In this document: piece after piece, positions 1 to 11,638 of the stretch
Layout of the letters: each line of letters begins with the position of its first letter
Numbering within the stretch: the stretch's first letter is position 1
From: Candidatus Methylomirabilota bacterium
GTDB taxonomy: Bacteria > Methylomirabilota > Methylomirabilia > Rokubacteriales > CSP1-6
NCBI GenBank assembly: GCA_046726415.1
Contig: JBKPAK010000008.1
Location: 32,001-96,000 of the forward strand
Direction: 5' to 3'
Length of the DNA stretch: 64,000 nucleotides
The notes under the pieces: generated by a model
The model's database searches: none
What the model was told of the DNA's origin: nothing
What the model saw: only the letters and a program-made list of their open reading frames with translations
Translations under genes and position numbers: made by a program

Positions 1-284
1 GCGTGGGGCCGGGGCCCTTCTTCGTTCCGCCGTTTCTCCCTCCGGCCACGGTCAGGGACTTTATCGGGCGACTCGCCGACTCGGCCATCAATCCCATCGC
101 GTGGTTTCTGATCGACTTCTGGCCCGAAGGCATTTCCATCGGAGTGGGCGAGATGGTGAACGAGCGCGCGCTCAACTACGAATTGTTCCAGGGCGTCGAG
201 GAAACGACCCTCGATCTCTACACCGCGGTGCGGGACGGTTACCTGCGCAGGCGCGAGCGACAGCTCCGAGAAGACGTGGAGTAA
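1..284 (+). CDS. mlaA: MlaA/VacJ family lipoprotein, 3' part (truncated by window edge)
   Basis: GPGPFFVPPFLPPATVRD and LDLYTAVRDGYLRRR match the VacJ C-terminal pattern (GxGPYxVLPxxGPxTxRD...DxYxxxRDAYLQRR). Confidence 0.8.
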   Translation, partial: VGPGPFFVPPFLPPATVRDFIGRLADSAINPIAWFLIDFWPEGISIGVGEMVNERALNYELFQGVEETTLDLYTAVRDGYLRRRERQLREDVE

Positions 285-288
285 CACC

Positions 289-1206
289 GTGTGGAGGGTC
301 TCCGCGGTGCTCGGCGCCGCGGTCATCGCCGGCGCCACGGCGCTCCTGGGTCTACGCGGGCTGGCCGCTACGCCCGCTCCTGCCACTGCGCCCGGGCCCG
401 GGCAGGCGCTGTACACCATGTACTGCGCCGTGTGCCACGGCGAGTCCGGCCGAGGTGATGGCCCCTCGGCGGCGAGCTTCGCCTCCAAGCCCTCGAACTT
501 GACCGATGGCCGGCGGTTCAACCAGCTTCCCGAAGAGTTTTTCGTCAACGTCGTCCTCAACGGAGGTCCCGCCGAAGGGCTCTCCCCCGGCATGCCGCCC
601 TTCCGGGGCAACTTGAACGAGGAACAGATCCGCCAGATCGTGGCTTACCTGCGCTCCATGGCCGATCCACCCTTCAAGCCGGACGATCCTCGACCGATCG
701 TCACCACGCCGGGAGCACCGCGACAGCCAATCTTCTTCAGTCACCTCATCCATGCCGGCTCCTATCGAATCGACTGCCAGTACTGCCACGCGGAGGCACG
801 ACGCTCTCCGTCCGCAGGCGTGCCGTCCGTGGATCGCTGCATGGGATGCCACAAGATCATCGGGGCTCAGGACAACCCCGAGATCCGCAAGATCCACCAG
901 TACTGGGAGAAGCGCGAGCCGATCCCCTGGATCCGGGTCTTCAAGATTCCCGAGTTCACCTACTTCACGCACAAGCCCCACATGCAGGCCGGGCTCCCCT
1001 GTCAGGGCTGCCACGGCCCCATCCAGCAGATGCGGGTCGTCGGTGCGCGGACGGGACCTTCGCTCGTCAACGATCTCCAGAACCTGGTCGGGCTGCGTCC
1101 CGCGGCCCCTCCGTTCACGATGGGCTGGTGCATCGACTGCCATCGCGAACAGAACAAGACGAAGGGACGGCAGGCGCCGCTCGACTGCGTGGCGTGTCAC
1201 CATTGA
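289..1206 (+). CDS. Hexaheme c-type cytochrome: N-terminal class I monoheme domain plus ActA-like (cytochrome c3/c7 family) pentaheme domain
   Basis: Hydrophobic N-terminus; six CxxCH motifs (CAVCH, CQYCH, CMGCH, CQGCH, CIDCH, CVACH); QPIFFSHLIHAG, PIPWIRV, YFTHKPH and TMGWCIDCH are ActA-like. Confidence 0.85.
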   Translation: MWRVSAVLGAAVIAGATALLGLRGLAATPAPATAPGPGQALYTMYCAVCHGESGRGDGPSAASFASKPSNLTDGRRFNQLPEEFFVNVVLNGGPAEGLSPGMPPFRGNLNEEQIRQIVAYLRSMADPPFKPDDPRPIVTTPGAPRQPIFFSHLIHAGSYRIDCQYCHAEARRSPSAGVPSVDRCMGCHKIIGAQDNPEIRKIHQYWEKREPIPWIRVFKIPEFTYFTHKPHMQAGLPCQGCHGPIQQMRVVGARTGPSLVNDLQNLVGLRPAAPPFTMGWCIDCHREQNKTKGRQAPLDCVACHH

Positions 1207-1406
1207 GCTGGCCGCCTTGCTCGGCATGAGTAACTGGGTTTAGAAATGGTAGGATCCCGCGGGGACATGGGATGCCGGTACCGTTGCCGATGCGGATGCT
1301 CTCCTCCGCCACCCCGAGGTTGATCGCATACCTGAGCCAGTGAGGACGGGGTGGCCCACCGCGTGCGACGCGCTGAGCCGCCGCCGCTCTTCACCGAGGA
1401 GGTTCG

Positions 1407-1553
1407 ATGGCGCTCGCCATGCTCGATCGACGGCCGCACACCGTGGACGCCTTGGCAACCGAGCGCTGCGTCGTTGTGCCGGAACAGCACATGCAGCGGG
1501 CCTCGCGGTTCGCGCCACGGTGCGATTGCCCGCCTCCCCGGAGGGGGCGATGA
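1407..1553 (+). CDS. Possible 48-aa small ORF coupled to the CoA-transferase
   Basis: GAGGAGG 4 nt upstream of ATG 1407; stop overlaps the next start (ATGA at 1550-1553); no recognisable homology. Confidence 0.25.
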   Translation: MALAMLDRRPHTVDALATERCVVVPEQHMQRASRFAPRCDCPPPRRGR

Positions 1554-2740
1554 GACTCGCCCTGGAGGGCATTCGCGTTGTCGATCTCTCCCGCGTGCTG
1601 GCCGGGCCCTTCTGCTGCGCGCTGCTCGGTGACATGGGGGCGGACGTTGTCAAGATCGAGGACACGGCCAGCGGCGACGAGTCGCGTACGTGGCCCCCGC
1701 ACAAGGACGGCGAGTCGGCAGGCTTCATCGTCAACAATCGGAACAAGCGCGGCATCGCCGTCGACCTCAAGACCCCTGAGGGCGTCGAGCTCGTCAAGCG
1801 CCTGGTGAGCCGGGCCGACGTGCTGGTGGAGAACTTCCGGACGGGGACGATGGAGCAGTTCGGTCTGGGCTATGAGACCCTGGCCGCTCTCAACCCCCAA
1901 CTCGTGTATTGCTCCGTCTCCGCCTTCGGCCGCACGGGCCCGCGCGCGCACGAGGCCGGGTACGAGGCCCTCATGCAGGCCTTCAGCGGGATCATGAGCA
2001 TCACCGGGGAGCCGGACGGGCCGCCTGTTCGCTGCGGGGTGTCCTTTCTCGACCTGACCACCGGCATTCTCTGCGCCTTCGGGGTGGTGAACGCGCTGTT
2101 GCTGCGCGCGCACAGCGGCCAGGGGGTGCGGGTGGACGGCTCGCTGCTGGAGACGGCCCTCGGGCTGCTCAATTTCCAGGCCGAGGGCAATCTCCTCACG
2201 GGCAGTATCCCGAGGGCGCTGGGCTCCGCCCATCCGTCGCTCTCGCCCTATCGCAACTTCCGCTGCCGAGATGGTCAGTGGATCTTCATCGCGGGCGCCA
2301 ACGACCGGCTGTTCCGGCGTCTGGTCACCGCCCTGGGGCGGCCCGCGTTGGCCGAAGAGCCGAGATTTGCCACCAACGTGGAGCGCGTGAAGCACCGGAC
2401 GGAGCTGGAGTCGACCCTCGGCGAGGCCATCGGCAAGCACGATCGGGCTCCGCTCATCGAGTTGCTTCACGCGCACGACGTACCGGCCACGCCGGTCAAT
2501 ACCGTGCCCCAGGTGCTCCAGGACGAGCAGACGCAGGCGCGCGGCATCGTGCAGCGGGTGCGGCATCCACGCCTGGGGGACATTCCCATCGTCAGCATAC
2601 CCCTGACGTTCGCCGGCATGCGGCCGCCGGTGCGTCGGCCAGCGCCGGCGCGCGGCGAGCACACCGAGGCCGTGCTGACCGAGTACGGGTACTCGCCCGC
2701 CGACATCGCGACCTTGCGGGACAAGAAAGTGATTCTGTGA
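1550..2740 (+). CDS. CaiB/BaiF family (class III) CoA-transferase
   Basis: LEGIRVVDLSRVLAGPFC...LGDMGADVVKIE, NRNKRGIAVDLK, DVLVENFR; SD GGAGGG before ATG 1550. Confidence 0.92.
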   Translation: MRLALEGIRVVDLSRVLAGPFCCALLGDMGADVVKIEDTASGDESRTWPPHKDGESAGFIVNNRNKRGIAVDLKTPEGVELVKRLVSRADVLVENFRTGTMEQFGLGYETLAALNPQLVYCSVSAFGRTGPRAHEAGYEALMQAFSGIMSITGEPDGPPVRCGVSFLDLTTGILCAFGVVNALLLRAHSGQGVRVDGSLLETALGLLNFQAEGNLLTGSIPRALGSAHPSLSPYRNFRCRDGQWIFIAGANDRLFRRLVTALGRPALAEEPRFATNVERVKHRTELESTLGEAIGKHDRAPLIELLHAHDVPATPVNTVPQVLQDEQTQARGIVQRVRHPRLGDIPIVSIPLTFAGMRPPVRRPAPARGEHTEAVLTEYGYSPADIATLRDKKVIL

Positions 2741-2818
2741 GGGGGTGCGGTTGCCAGACAGGGCCGTGAGCCTTCGGCGACGTCGTGGGATCGGTGAGCG
2801 GACCGGTCGAGGTGTGAC

Positions 2819-3397
2819 GTGAGAGCAATCGCCACCGGCGCTTTCGCCATCATCCTGGTCAGCGGGGCGCCGGCGGCCGCACAGGTCTATCGCTGGACCG
2901 ATGCCACCGGGGTGGTGCATCTCACGACCAACCCCGAGAATATCCCCGAGCAACACCGCGACGACGTGCATGTCATCGACGCCTGGCGCCCTCCCAGTGA
3001 CTCGCCCGCTCCCCCCGTGCCCTCGCCGGCGACGATTCCGCTCTCCGGGGGCGAACCCATCATGGTGACCGCCCAACTGAACGGGGTGCCACTGACCTTG
3101 ATGCTCGACACCGGCGCGGACCGGACGATGCTGGCGCCGGCGGCGGTCGCGCGGGCCGGGCTGGACGCCAGCCGCGGGCGGCCCGTGCGCGTGATCGGCG
3201 TCACCGGGGCGAGTCACGCGTTCGAGGTCACCGTGCCCCGCCTCGACATCGCCGGCGCTCGCCTCGGCCCGGTGGCGGTGGTGGTGCACGACGTGCCGGC
3301 GCCCGACGTCGACGGCTTGCTTGGCCGTGATCTGCTGAACGCCTTCACGTTGACCATCGATCCCACGAGCGGCCACGCCACGCTCACCCCGCGTTGA
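2819..3397 (+). CDS. Exported DUF4124 plus retropepsin-like aspartyl protease
   Basis: Signal peptide, VYRWTDATGVVHLT (DUF4124), LDTGA catalytic motif, DGLLGRDLL. Confidence 0.85.
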   Translation: MRAIATGAFAIILVSGAPAAAQVYRWTDATGVVHLTTNPENIPEQHRDDVHVIDAWRPPSDSPAPPVPSPATIPLSGGEPIMVTAQLNGVPLTLMLDTGADRTMLAPAAVARAGLDASRGRPVRVIGVTGASHAFEVTVPRLDIAGARLGPVAVVVHDVPAPDVDGLLGRDLLNAFTLTIDPTSGHATLTPR

Positions 3398-3399
3398 CG

Positions 3400-3444
3400 A
3401 TGGGGCACCGACATCGCCCCCCATCCCCCCACGCTCGGAGCGCG
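3400..3444 (+). repeat. Degenerate REP-like palindromic element
   Basis: ATGGGGCACCGACATCGCCCCCCATCCCCCCACGCTCGGAGCGCG resembles the elements at 33216 and 42470; lies between convergent genes. Confidence 0.5.
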
Positions 3445-3445
3445 G

Positions 3446-4342
3446 TCAGCGAGGCTTGATGCTCGGAGCCAGACCCCCCATTGCGGCTAGGACGTCGAAG
3501 ACCACGGCAAAGTCGAAGTGTCCCACCCCGAGACCGCGGGCGGCGGTGAGCATCTCTTGGGTCACGCCCGTGGTGGGAAGCGGAACGCCGAGCGTTCGCC
3601 CCATCTCGAGGGCGAGGCCCAGATCTTTCTGCATCATGGGCACGTCGAAGAGCGCCTCCCTCGGCATCTGGAGAACAAAAGGTCCTCGGTACCTCACCAT
3701 GGGTGAGGCGATCACCGACCGGAGAAGTGCCTCGACCGCGCGTTCGCGCGCGATGCCGGCCTTCTCGGCGAGGGCGACCGCTTCCGAGAAGGCGAGCATC
3801 TGCACGGCCAACCCCAGATTGGTGGCGATCTTCATCGCGCTGGCCAGGCCGACCTCGCCGACGTGCGTGATGGTCGGGCCGATGGCGCTGAGATAGGGCC
3901 GCACCCGGTCGAGGACGGCAGAATCGCCCCCCACCATGAACGAGAGCTGGCCGGCATCGAGCGTGATCGGGCTGCCGGAGACGGGGGCGGCGAGCATGGC
4001 CGCGCGGCGCTCCGTCACCTTCGCGGCCAGGGCGCGCGAGGCCTGGGGGCTCACCGTGCTCATGTCGATGATGACGGCGTTGGGCCGCAGGCCGGCGAGG
4101 AGACCGTCCGGCCCCTCGCTGACCGCCTCGAGCGCGGCGGGATCGGTGACCATGATAAAGATCACCTCGGCCGCGGTCCCGACCTCCTTGGGCGAGCTCG
4201 CCAGTCGCAGGCCGGCATCGACCAGCCAGCGAGCCTTGCTGGCCGTGCGGTTGTAGCCGACCAGCGCGTGCCCGGCGGCGAGCAGACGCTTGGCCATTCG
4301 CCCGCCCATGGCGCCCAATCCGACGAAGCCGAGCGTTCCCAC
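3446..4342 (-). CDS. NAD(P)-dependent oxidoreductase, 3-hydroxyisobutyrate dehydrogenase family
   Basis: GFVGLGAMG, IDMSTVSP, APVSGS, MQKDLGLA. Confidence 0.9.
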   Translation of the reverse strand: MGTLGFVGLGAMGGRMAKRLLAAGHALVGYNRTASKARWLVDAGLRLASSPKEVGTAAEVIFIMVTDPAALEAVSEGPDGLLAGLRPNAVIIDMSTVSPQASRALAAKVTERRAAMLAAPVSGSPITLDAGQLSFMVGGDSAVLDRVRPYLSAIGPTITHVGEVGLASAMKIATNLGLAVQMLAFSEAVALAEKAGIARERAVEALLRSVIASPMVRYRGPFVLQMPREALFDVPMMQKDLGLALEMGRTLGVPLPTTGVTQEMLTAARGLGVGHFDFAVVFDVLAAMGGLAPSIKPR

Positions 4343-4349
4343 CGCCAGC

Positions 4350-4838
4350 TCAGCGCGACCGTCGCCCGCGTGCTCGCGCGCGGCGCGAGGCGCCAGGCCG
4401 CACGGGGCGTCGCGCGGGAACGACGGCGATGGCGCTGATCTCGAGTTTGCAGCGCGCGTGGGTAGCCAGCCGTGACACCTCGACCGTCGTCGTCGTGGGG
4501 AGGTGACCGCCGAGGTAGGAGCCCCATACCCGATTCAGGTCGTCCTGTTCTCTCACGTCGGTGAGGTAACGCGTGGCGGACACGAGGTCGTTGAGGCTTC
4601 CGCCCGCGGCCTCGATGGTCTTCTTGAGATTCTCCATGGTCAGCACCGCTTGCTCGCGCATGCTCTCGGGGAGGTCGAACTCCTCGTCGCGGTGCGGGTG
4701 GCTGTGGTAGACGGGGGCCGCGGTGACCCCGGACAGGAACACGACGCGACCCCCATGGACGAGGATGGCGGGCGCGTAGGGCATCAGTACGTCGGTCCGC
4801 CGATCGGCGTGATGAACGATCTCGAGGTGCTTGGGCAT
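4350..4838 (-). CDS. RidA/YjgF family protein
   Basis: VFLSGVT, ENLKKTIEAAGGSLNDLV, PTTTTVEVSRL...LEISAIAV; GAGGAGG SD before ATG 4838. Confidence 0.85.
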   Translation of the reverse strand: MPKHLEIVHHADRRTDVLMPYAPAILVHGGRVVFLSGVTAAPVYHSHPHRDEEFDLPESMREQAVLTMENLKKTIEAAGGSLNDLVSATRYLTDVREQDDLNRVWGSYLGGHLPTTTTVEVSRLATHARCKLEISAIAVVPARRPVRPGASRRARARGRRSR

Positions 4839-5026
4839 CGAGACGCCTCCTCTTGGCCGTGCGAGCCGCGGCACGGACCGAAACTGAAGGCCCGGGGTGC
4901 GAGGCGAACCCACAGCCCCCAGCGTGGCATCGTAGCATGCGGACATTGACCCCGCGGGGGAGGGCGGCTACCCTCAGAAGGGTTCGCCGCCCGCATTCCC
5001 CATTCACCCTGAGGAGGATCACGCGC

Positions 5027-5833
5027 ATGGAGTCGATTCGCGACCGCGTGGCCGTCGTCACCGGTGCCGGCTCGGGCATCGGCCGCGCCCTCGCCCAGGC
5101 GTTGGCCCGTGAAGGGGCGCGGGTCGTCGTGGCCGACATCGACGAGGCGGCGGCGGCCGCTGTGGTGGCGGACATTGGCGGGCGAGGTGGTGACGCCCTC
5201 GCCGTGCGTGCCGACGTCAGCGACCTGGCCCAGGTGCAGGCGATGGCCGATCGCGCCTTCGCGCACTTCGGCGCCGTCCACGTCCTCTGCAACAACGCGG
5301 GGGTGGCTCTTCACGGGTCGCTGCAGGACGCCACCCACCAGGATTGGCAGTGGGTGCTCGCGGTGAACCTGTGGGGCGTCATCCACGGACTGGAAGCCTT
5401 CCTGCCGCGGATGATCGCGCAGGGCCAACCCGGCCACATCGTCAACACCGCCTCCATGGCGGGCCTCATCGCATCGCAAGGGCTCGGTGTCTACAACGCC
5501 TCCAAGTACGCCGTGGTGGGAATCTCGGAGACCCTGGTCAAGGATCTGCGACCACACCACATCGGAGTCAGCGTCCTCTGCCCGATGGGCGTGAGCACGC
5601 AGATCCTCCACAGCGGCCGCAATCGGCCCGCGCATCTTCGCAACGATCGACAGCGGACCGAATCCGCCCCGGAGTTGATCGGCAAGTATCTGGATCCGGA
5701 GGCGGTGGCGGATATGGTCCTGGCCGCAATCCGGGCCAACCGCCTTTATGTCATCACCCACGACGAGAGCCTCGAGCCGCTCCGGCGGCGGTTCCAGCGC
5801 CTCGAGCAGGCGATCCTCGATCGACCCCGTTAG
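5027..5833 (+). CDS. Short-chain dehydrogenase/reductase
   Basis: TGAGSGIG, NNAG, YNASK; GAGGAGG SD. Confidence 0.92.
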   Translation: MESIRDRVAVVTGAGSGIGRALAQALAREGARVVVADIDEAAAAAVVADIGGRGGDALAVRADVSDLAQVQAMADRAFAHFGAVHVLCNNAGVALHGSLQDATHQDWQWVLAVNLWGVIHGLEAFLPRMIAQGQPGHIVNTASMAGLIASQGLGVYNASKYAVVGISETLVKDLRPHHIGVSVLCPMGVSTQILHSGRNRPAHLRNDRQRTESAPELIGKYLDPEAVADMVLAAIRANRLYVITHDESLEPLRRRFQRLEQAILDRPR

Positions 5834-7010
5834 CGCGATCTCCGAGGCGCCCGCGTGGACGTGGGTCGGGACACGAGGCACCCTCGAGGGCCTCGCTCGG
5901 GAGCTGGCCCCACGCCGCGAAGTTGCTCTCGACACCGAGGGCGACAGCTTGCATCACTACCCGGCGCGCGTGGCTCTCGTCCAGCTCGCCCTCGATGCCG
6001 GCCCGGCGTGGCTGGTGGACCCGCTGGCGTTGCCCGATCTCACCCCGCTCGCTCCGGTCTTCGCCGATCCGGCCATCGTCACCGTCGTCCACGCCGGCGA
6101 CAACGACCTGGTCCACCTCAAGCGCCGTTACGGATTCCGCTTCGCGCATCTGTTCGACACCTCGATCGCGGCGCGCTTCCTCGGCAGCCGGGCCCTCGGG
6201 CTGGACGTCCTGCTCGCCGAGCATCTCGGCGTCGAGCTGCCGCCCTCGCGCCAGAAAGACGACTGGTCGGCCCGCCCGCTCTCGCCTGCGCAGGAGCGCT
6301 ACGCCGCAGCCGACGTGCAGTACCTGATTGCCCTCAAGGGCCGCCTCGTCGAGGCGCTCGAGCGCGCCGGCCGCCTGGCGTGGGTCGAGGAGGAGTGTGC
6401 CGCGCTGGCTGCTGATCCGGCGGTGGAGACTCCGCCCGATCCCGACGCGTACGCGAGCCTGAAGGGGGCCCGCGAGCTGTCGGCCCGCTCCCTCGCCGCG
6501 CTGCGCGAGCTGTACGAGGCGCGCGAGCAACTCGCGCTCCAAACGCGGCGGCCGCCCTTCAAGATCATGGCGAACGAGGCGCTCGTCGCCGTGGCCGCGG
6601 CGCTGCCCCGCGACGAGGTCGGGCTGACGGCCATCCCGGGATTCACGCCCCGCGCCGTGCAGCGCTGGGCGACCGCCGTGCTCGCCGCAGTCAGCCGGGC
6701 CCTCGATCTGCCCGAGTCGGCCTTGCCGATCCTGACCCGGCCGGCACGCCTGCACGTCGACGGGCCGACGCGTCGGAGGATCGAGGCCCTCCGCGTCTGG
6801 CGGACACCCGCCGCGACCCGCTTCGGTCTGGATTCCGGTGTGCTCTTGCCCAATCGGCTCATCGGGGAGGTTGCTCGCGCCGCGCCGCGCGACCGCGATC
6901 AGCTCGCGCAGGTGGACGGGCTCCGGCGGTGGCGCGTCGAGGTTGTGGGCGATGAGATCCTGAATGTGCTGGCCCCCACGGCGTCTCGCGTGAGTCGCGA
7001 ATCTCGGTAG
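5748..7010 (+). CDS. rnd: Ribonuclease D (DEDDy exonuclease plus HRDC domains); true start uncertain, probably near 5830
   Basis: ALDTEGDS, LFDTSIAARFLG, DWSARPLS...YAAADV; HRDC-like C-terminal repeats. Confidence 0.85.
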   Translation: MSSPTTRASSRSGGGSSASSRRSSIDPVSAISEAPAWTWVGTRGTLEGLARELAPRREVALDTEGDSLHHYPARVALVQLALDAGPAWLVDPLALPDLTPLAPVFADPAIVTVVHAGDNDLVHLKRRYGFRFAHLFDTSIAARFLGSRALGLDVLLAEHLGVELPPSRQKDDWSARPLSPAQERYAAADVQYLIALKGRLVEALERAGRLAWVEEECAALAADPAVETPPDPDAYASLKGARELSARSLAALRELYEAREQLALQTRRPPFKIMANEALVAVAAALPRDEVGLTAIPGFTPRAVQRWATAVLAAVSRALDLPESALPILTRPARLHVDGPTRRRIEALRVWRTPAATRFGLDSGVLLPNRLIGEVARAAPRDRDQLAQVDGLRRWRVEVVGDEILNVLAPTASRVSRESR

Positions 7011-7020
7011 GATGGAAGAT

Positions 7021-7464
7021 ATGAGTGACTGGCGGGAGAACCTGATCGACGATGACCCAGGGCTGTCGCGGATTCTCACCGAGGCCAAGCGGATCGCCGT
7101 GCTCGGCGCCAAGGTGGGGCGCGGCGAGCCGGCGTTTTACGTGCCGGCTTATCTGAAGGCGCAGGGTTACGAACTCGCGCTGGTCAATCCCACGCTCGCC
7201 GGCCAGAAGGTGCTCGGCGTGCCGGTAGTCCCAAGCCTCGCGGATCTCGAGGGCGCCGACGTGATCGACATCTTCCGGCGGCCGGAGTTCTTGCCGGGGC
7301 ATGCCGCGCAAATCCTGGCACTTCCGTGGCGGCCGGCGGCCGTGTGGCTCCAGCTCGGCATCCGTCATGCCGGGGCCGCCGAGCAACTCGCCCGGGCGGG
7401 CATCCGCGTCGTGCAGGACCGCTGCATGATGCCCGAGCACCGCCGCCTGGTGCGCCCGCGGTAG
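7021..7464 (+). CDS. CoA-binding protein (YccU-like)
   Basis: [36 protein letters not shown]. Confidence 0.88.
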   Translation: MSDWRENLIDDDPGLSRILTEAKRIAVLGAKVGRGEPAFYVPAYLKAQGYELALVNPTLAGQKVLGVPVVPSLADLEGADVIDIFRRPEFLPGHAAQILALPWRPAAVWLQLGIRHAGAAEQLARAGIRVVQDRCMMPEHRRLVRPR

Positions 7465-7472
7465 GAGCGAGC

Positions 7473-9152
<1,680 letters not shown>

Positions 9153-9194
9153 ACGTTTGGGCGCAGGCCGCGCCCCGGCGAGCGAGGCGGGGAC

Positions 9195-10052
9195 ATGCTC
9201 ATCGGGCAGATCAGCGACACGCACATCAGCACGGCGGGGAGTCGCAACGATCGCTTCTTCCACACGGCTGAGCTCCTGGCCCGCGCGGTCGCCCACCTCA
9301 ATGGCCTCGAGACTCGGCCGGATCTCGTCGTCATCACCGGCGACCTCGTCGAGCATGGCCAGGTCGAGGAGTACGAGCGACTGCGCGAGATCCTGGGGCC
9401 GCTGGCCATGCCCACGTTCCTGATCCCCGGCAATCACGACGACCGGGGCAACCTTCGGAAAGTCTTCGCCCATCACGCATATCTGTTCAGCGACGGACGC
9501 TTCGTCCAGTACGCCGTCGAGGACTGGCCGGTGCGCCTCCTCGCCCTCGACACACTGGTCCCGGGACAGAGCGGTGGCCGACTGTGCGGGCAACGCCTGG
9601 CCTGGCTGGAGGCCCGACTGGCCGAGGCGCCGCGGCGCCCGACGGTCGTGATCATGCATCACCCACCGTTCGTGACCGGGATCGCCGCGATGGACGACAT
9701 GGGCCTCGACGGTACCGAGGCCATGGCTGATGTGATCCAGCGCCATCCTCAGGTCGAGCGAGTCCTGTGCGGGCATCTGCACCGTACGATCGTGCGCCGC
9801 TTCGGCGGAACCGTGGCCTGCACCTGTCCCTCCACGGGGCATCAGATCGCGTTGGATCTCCCGCCCGCGCAGGGCCTGGCCGCGGTCATGGAACCTCCGG
9901 CCTGCATGCTGCACCTCTGGCTCGGCGATGCCGGCGGCCTCGTGAGCCACGTCAGTCTGATCGGCGACGGGCATCCGCGGTTCACCGTTTACGATGGTCA
10001 GCGCTGGTTCAGTGACGCCGTTCCGCCCCCGGGATTCTTCCGGGGTCCATGA
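9195..10052 (+). CDS. Calcineurin-like metallophosphoesterase (CpdA/GpdQ-like phosphodiesterase)
   Basis: QISDTH, TGDL, PGNHD, MHHPP, CGHLH motifs. Confidence 0.9.
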   Translation: MLIGQISDTHISTAGSRNDRFFHTAELLARAVAHLNGLETRPDLVVITGDLVEHGQVEEYERLREILGPLAMPTFLIPGNHDDRGNLRKVFAHHAYLFSDGRFVQYAVEDWPVRLLALDTLVPGQSGGRLCGQRLAWLEARLAEAPRRPTVVIMHHPPFVTGIAAMDDMGLDGTEAMADVIQRHPQVERVLCGHLHRTIVRRFGGTVACTCPSTGHQIALDLPPAQGLAAVMEPPACMLHLWLGDAGGLVSHVSLIGDGHPRFTVYDGQRWFSDAVPPPGFFRGP

Positions 10053-10714
10053 GAATTCCCGGCGCGGTCTGACCGGATCGGCGACGTGCCGCAGACGAGG
10101 ATATTGTCGGCTTCGCGCCGGATGCGCCGAAGGCGGATCTCGGCGAAGTAGGGCCCCAGCGCCGCTGCGGTTTCCCGCGCGTGCGGGCGCCGGTGGCGGT
10201 TGACGATGAGGGCGCCGCGGTGGCTCACCAGCTGGGCCAGGCTCACCGCGAGCGGGATCGAGCGCGCGGCCGTCTCGTCGTACGTGCAGTCCTCCATGAT
10301 GAAATCGAAGCGGCGACGGGCCCGCTGCAGGGAGGCCACCGCCCATTCGGCCTCCGCGCACAGGAACTCCAGGCGCGGCACCGCGCCCAGCCCGAACCAC
10401 CGCGTGGCCACGCGGACAATGACGGGATCGCGCTCGATGGCGGTGACGTGGCGCGGGGTGAGCCGCGTGCGCAGCAGGTGCAGCTGCGTCCCGCCCCCGA
10501 GTCCCACGAACAGGACCGAAGGGCGGAGCGGGAGATCCACCATGGCGAGCGCCTCGCCCCAGTACTCCTTGAGGGCGCGGGTCCAATCGCCATCACGCGC
10601 GAAGATCGACAGCACGGCGCCATCGAGCATGAGCCGCCGATCGACCCCCACGTCGACGACCTTGACGAGGCCGGAGAGCGGCGACCGCGTCTGGTAGACG
10701 ACGCGCCGGCTCAC
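9998..10714 (-). CDS. Spermidine-synthase-like SAM-dependent methyltransferase fold protein
   Basis: VLFVGLGGG, VTAIERDPVIVRVA.RWFG, FDFIMED; GTG start inferred at 10714. Confidence 0.75.
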   Translation of the reverse strand: MSRRVVYQTRSPLSGLVKVVDVGVDRRLMLDGAVLSIFARDGDWTRALKEYWGEALAMVDLPLRPSVLFVGLGGGTQLHLLRTRLTPRHVTAIERDPVIVRVATRWFGLGAVPRLEFLCAEAEWAVASLQRARRRFDFIMEDCTYDETAARSIPLAVSLAQLVSHRGALIVNRHRRPHARETAAALGPYFAEIRLRRIRREADNILVCGTSPIRSDRAGNSHGPRKNPGGGTASLNQR

Positions 10715-10733
10715 TCCCGCGGCGACCGCCGTT

Positions 10734-11501
10734 TCAGCGGGGGGCCATGCGGATGGCGCCATCGAGCCGGATCGTTTCCGCATTGAGCATGGTGTTCTCG
10801 ATGATGTGCGCGGCGAGGAACGCATACTCCTCAGGCCGTCCCAGCCGCTGGGGGAACGGCACCTGCTTGCCCAGCGAAATGCGCGCGGGCTCGGGCAGGG
10901 TGGCGAGCATGGGCGTCTCGAAGATGCCGGGCGCGATGGTGACCACGCGAATCCCCAACTCGGCGAGGTCGCGGGCGATCGGCAAGGTCATGCCCACCAC
11001 GCCGCCCTTGGAAGCCGAATACGCGGCCTGGCCGATCTGCCCGTCAAAGGCCGCCACCGACGCCGTGTTGATGACGACCCCTCGCTCGCCGTCCGCCGTC
11101 GGCGTGTTCTTGGCCATGAGCGCCGCGGCCAGCCGAATGCAGTTGAAGGTGCCGATGAGATTGATCTGGATGACGCGCGCAAAGTCCTCCAGCTTGGCCG
11201 GCCCCGATCGCCCGAAGGTCTTCATGGCGGTGCCGACGCCCGCACAGTTCACCAACACGTTGACGGCGCCCAGGCGTTCGTGGGCCGCCTTGAGCGCGGT
11301 GTCGACCTCGTCGCTGCTCGTCACATCGGCCGGGGTGAAGACGGCCGATGTGCCCAGCGAGCGCGCCACCTCGGCCCCCGGGGAAGCGGGCCGGTCGAGG
11401 ATGGCGACCCGTCCCCCGGCGGCGATCAGGTGCGCGGCGGTGGCGCGGCCGAGGCCCGAGGCCCCGCCGGTGACGACGGCATTCACGGACTTGATCTCCA
11501 T
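10734..11501 (-). CDS. SDR, type II 3-hydroxyacyl-CoA dehydrogenase (HSD17B10-like)
   Basis: [47 protein letters not shown]. Confidence 0.92.
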   Translation of the reverse strand: MEIKSVNAVVTGGASGLGRATAAHLIAAGGRVAILDRPASPGAEVARSLGTSAVFTPADVTSSDEVDTALKAAHERLGAVNVLVNCAGVGTAMKTFGRSGPAKLEDFARVIQINLIGTFNCIRLAAALMAKNTPTADGERGVVINTASVAAFDGQIGQAAYSASKGGVVGMTLPIARDLAELGIRVVTIAPGIFETPMLATLPEPARISLGKQVPFPQRLGRPEEYAFLAAHIIENTMLNAETIRLDGAIRMAPR

Positions 11502-11638
11502 GGAGTCCTCCCGGGTGCCGGATGAGCCGCTCTCTATGTAGCACGTTCAGCAGCCCGGGGCGATTGCGCCGGCGAACGCTGACGCGAAGGCCGGTCACCA
11601 AGACGGCGACCGCCCTTGAGATCGGCGGGGTGTTCCAG

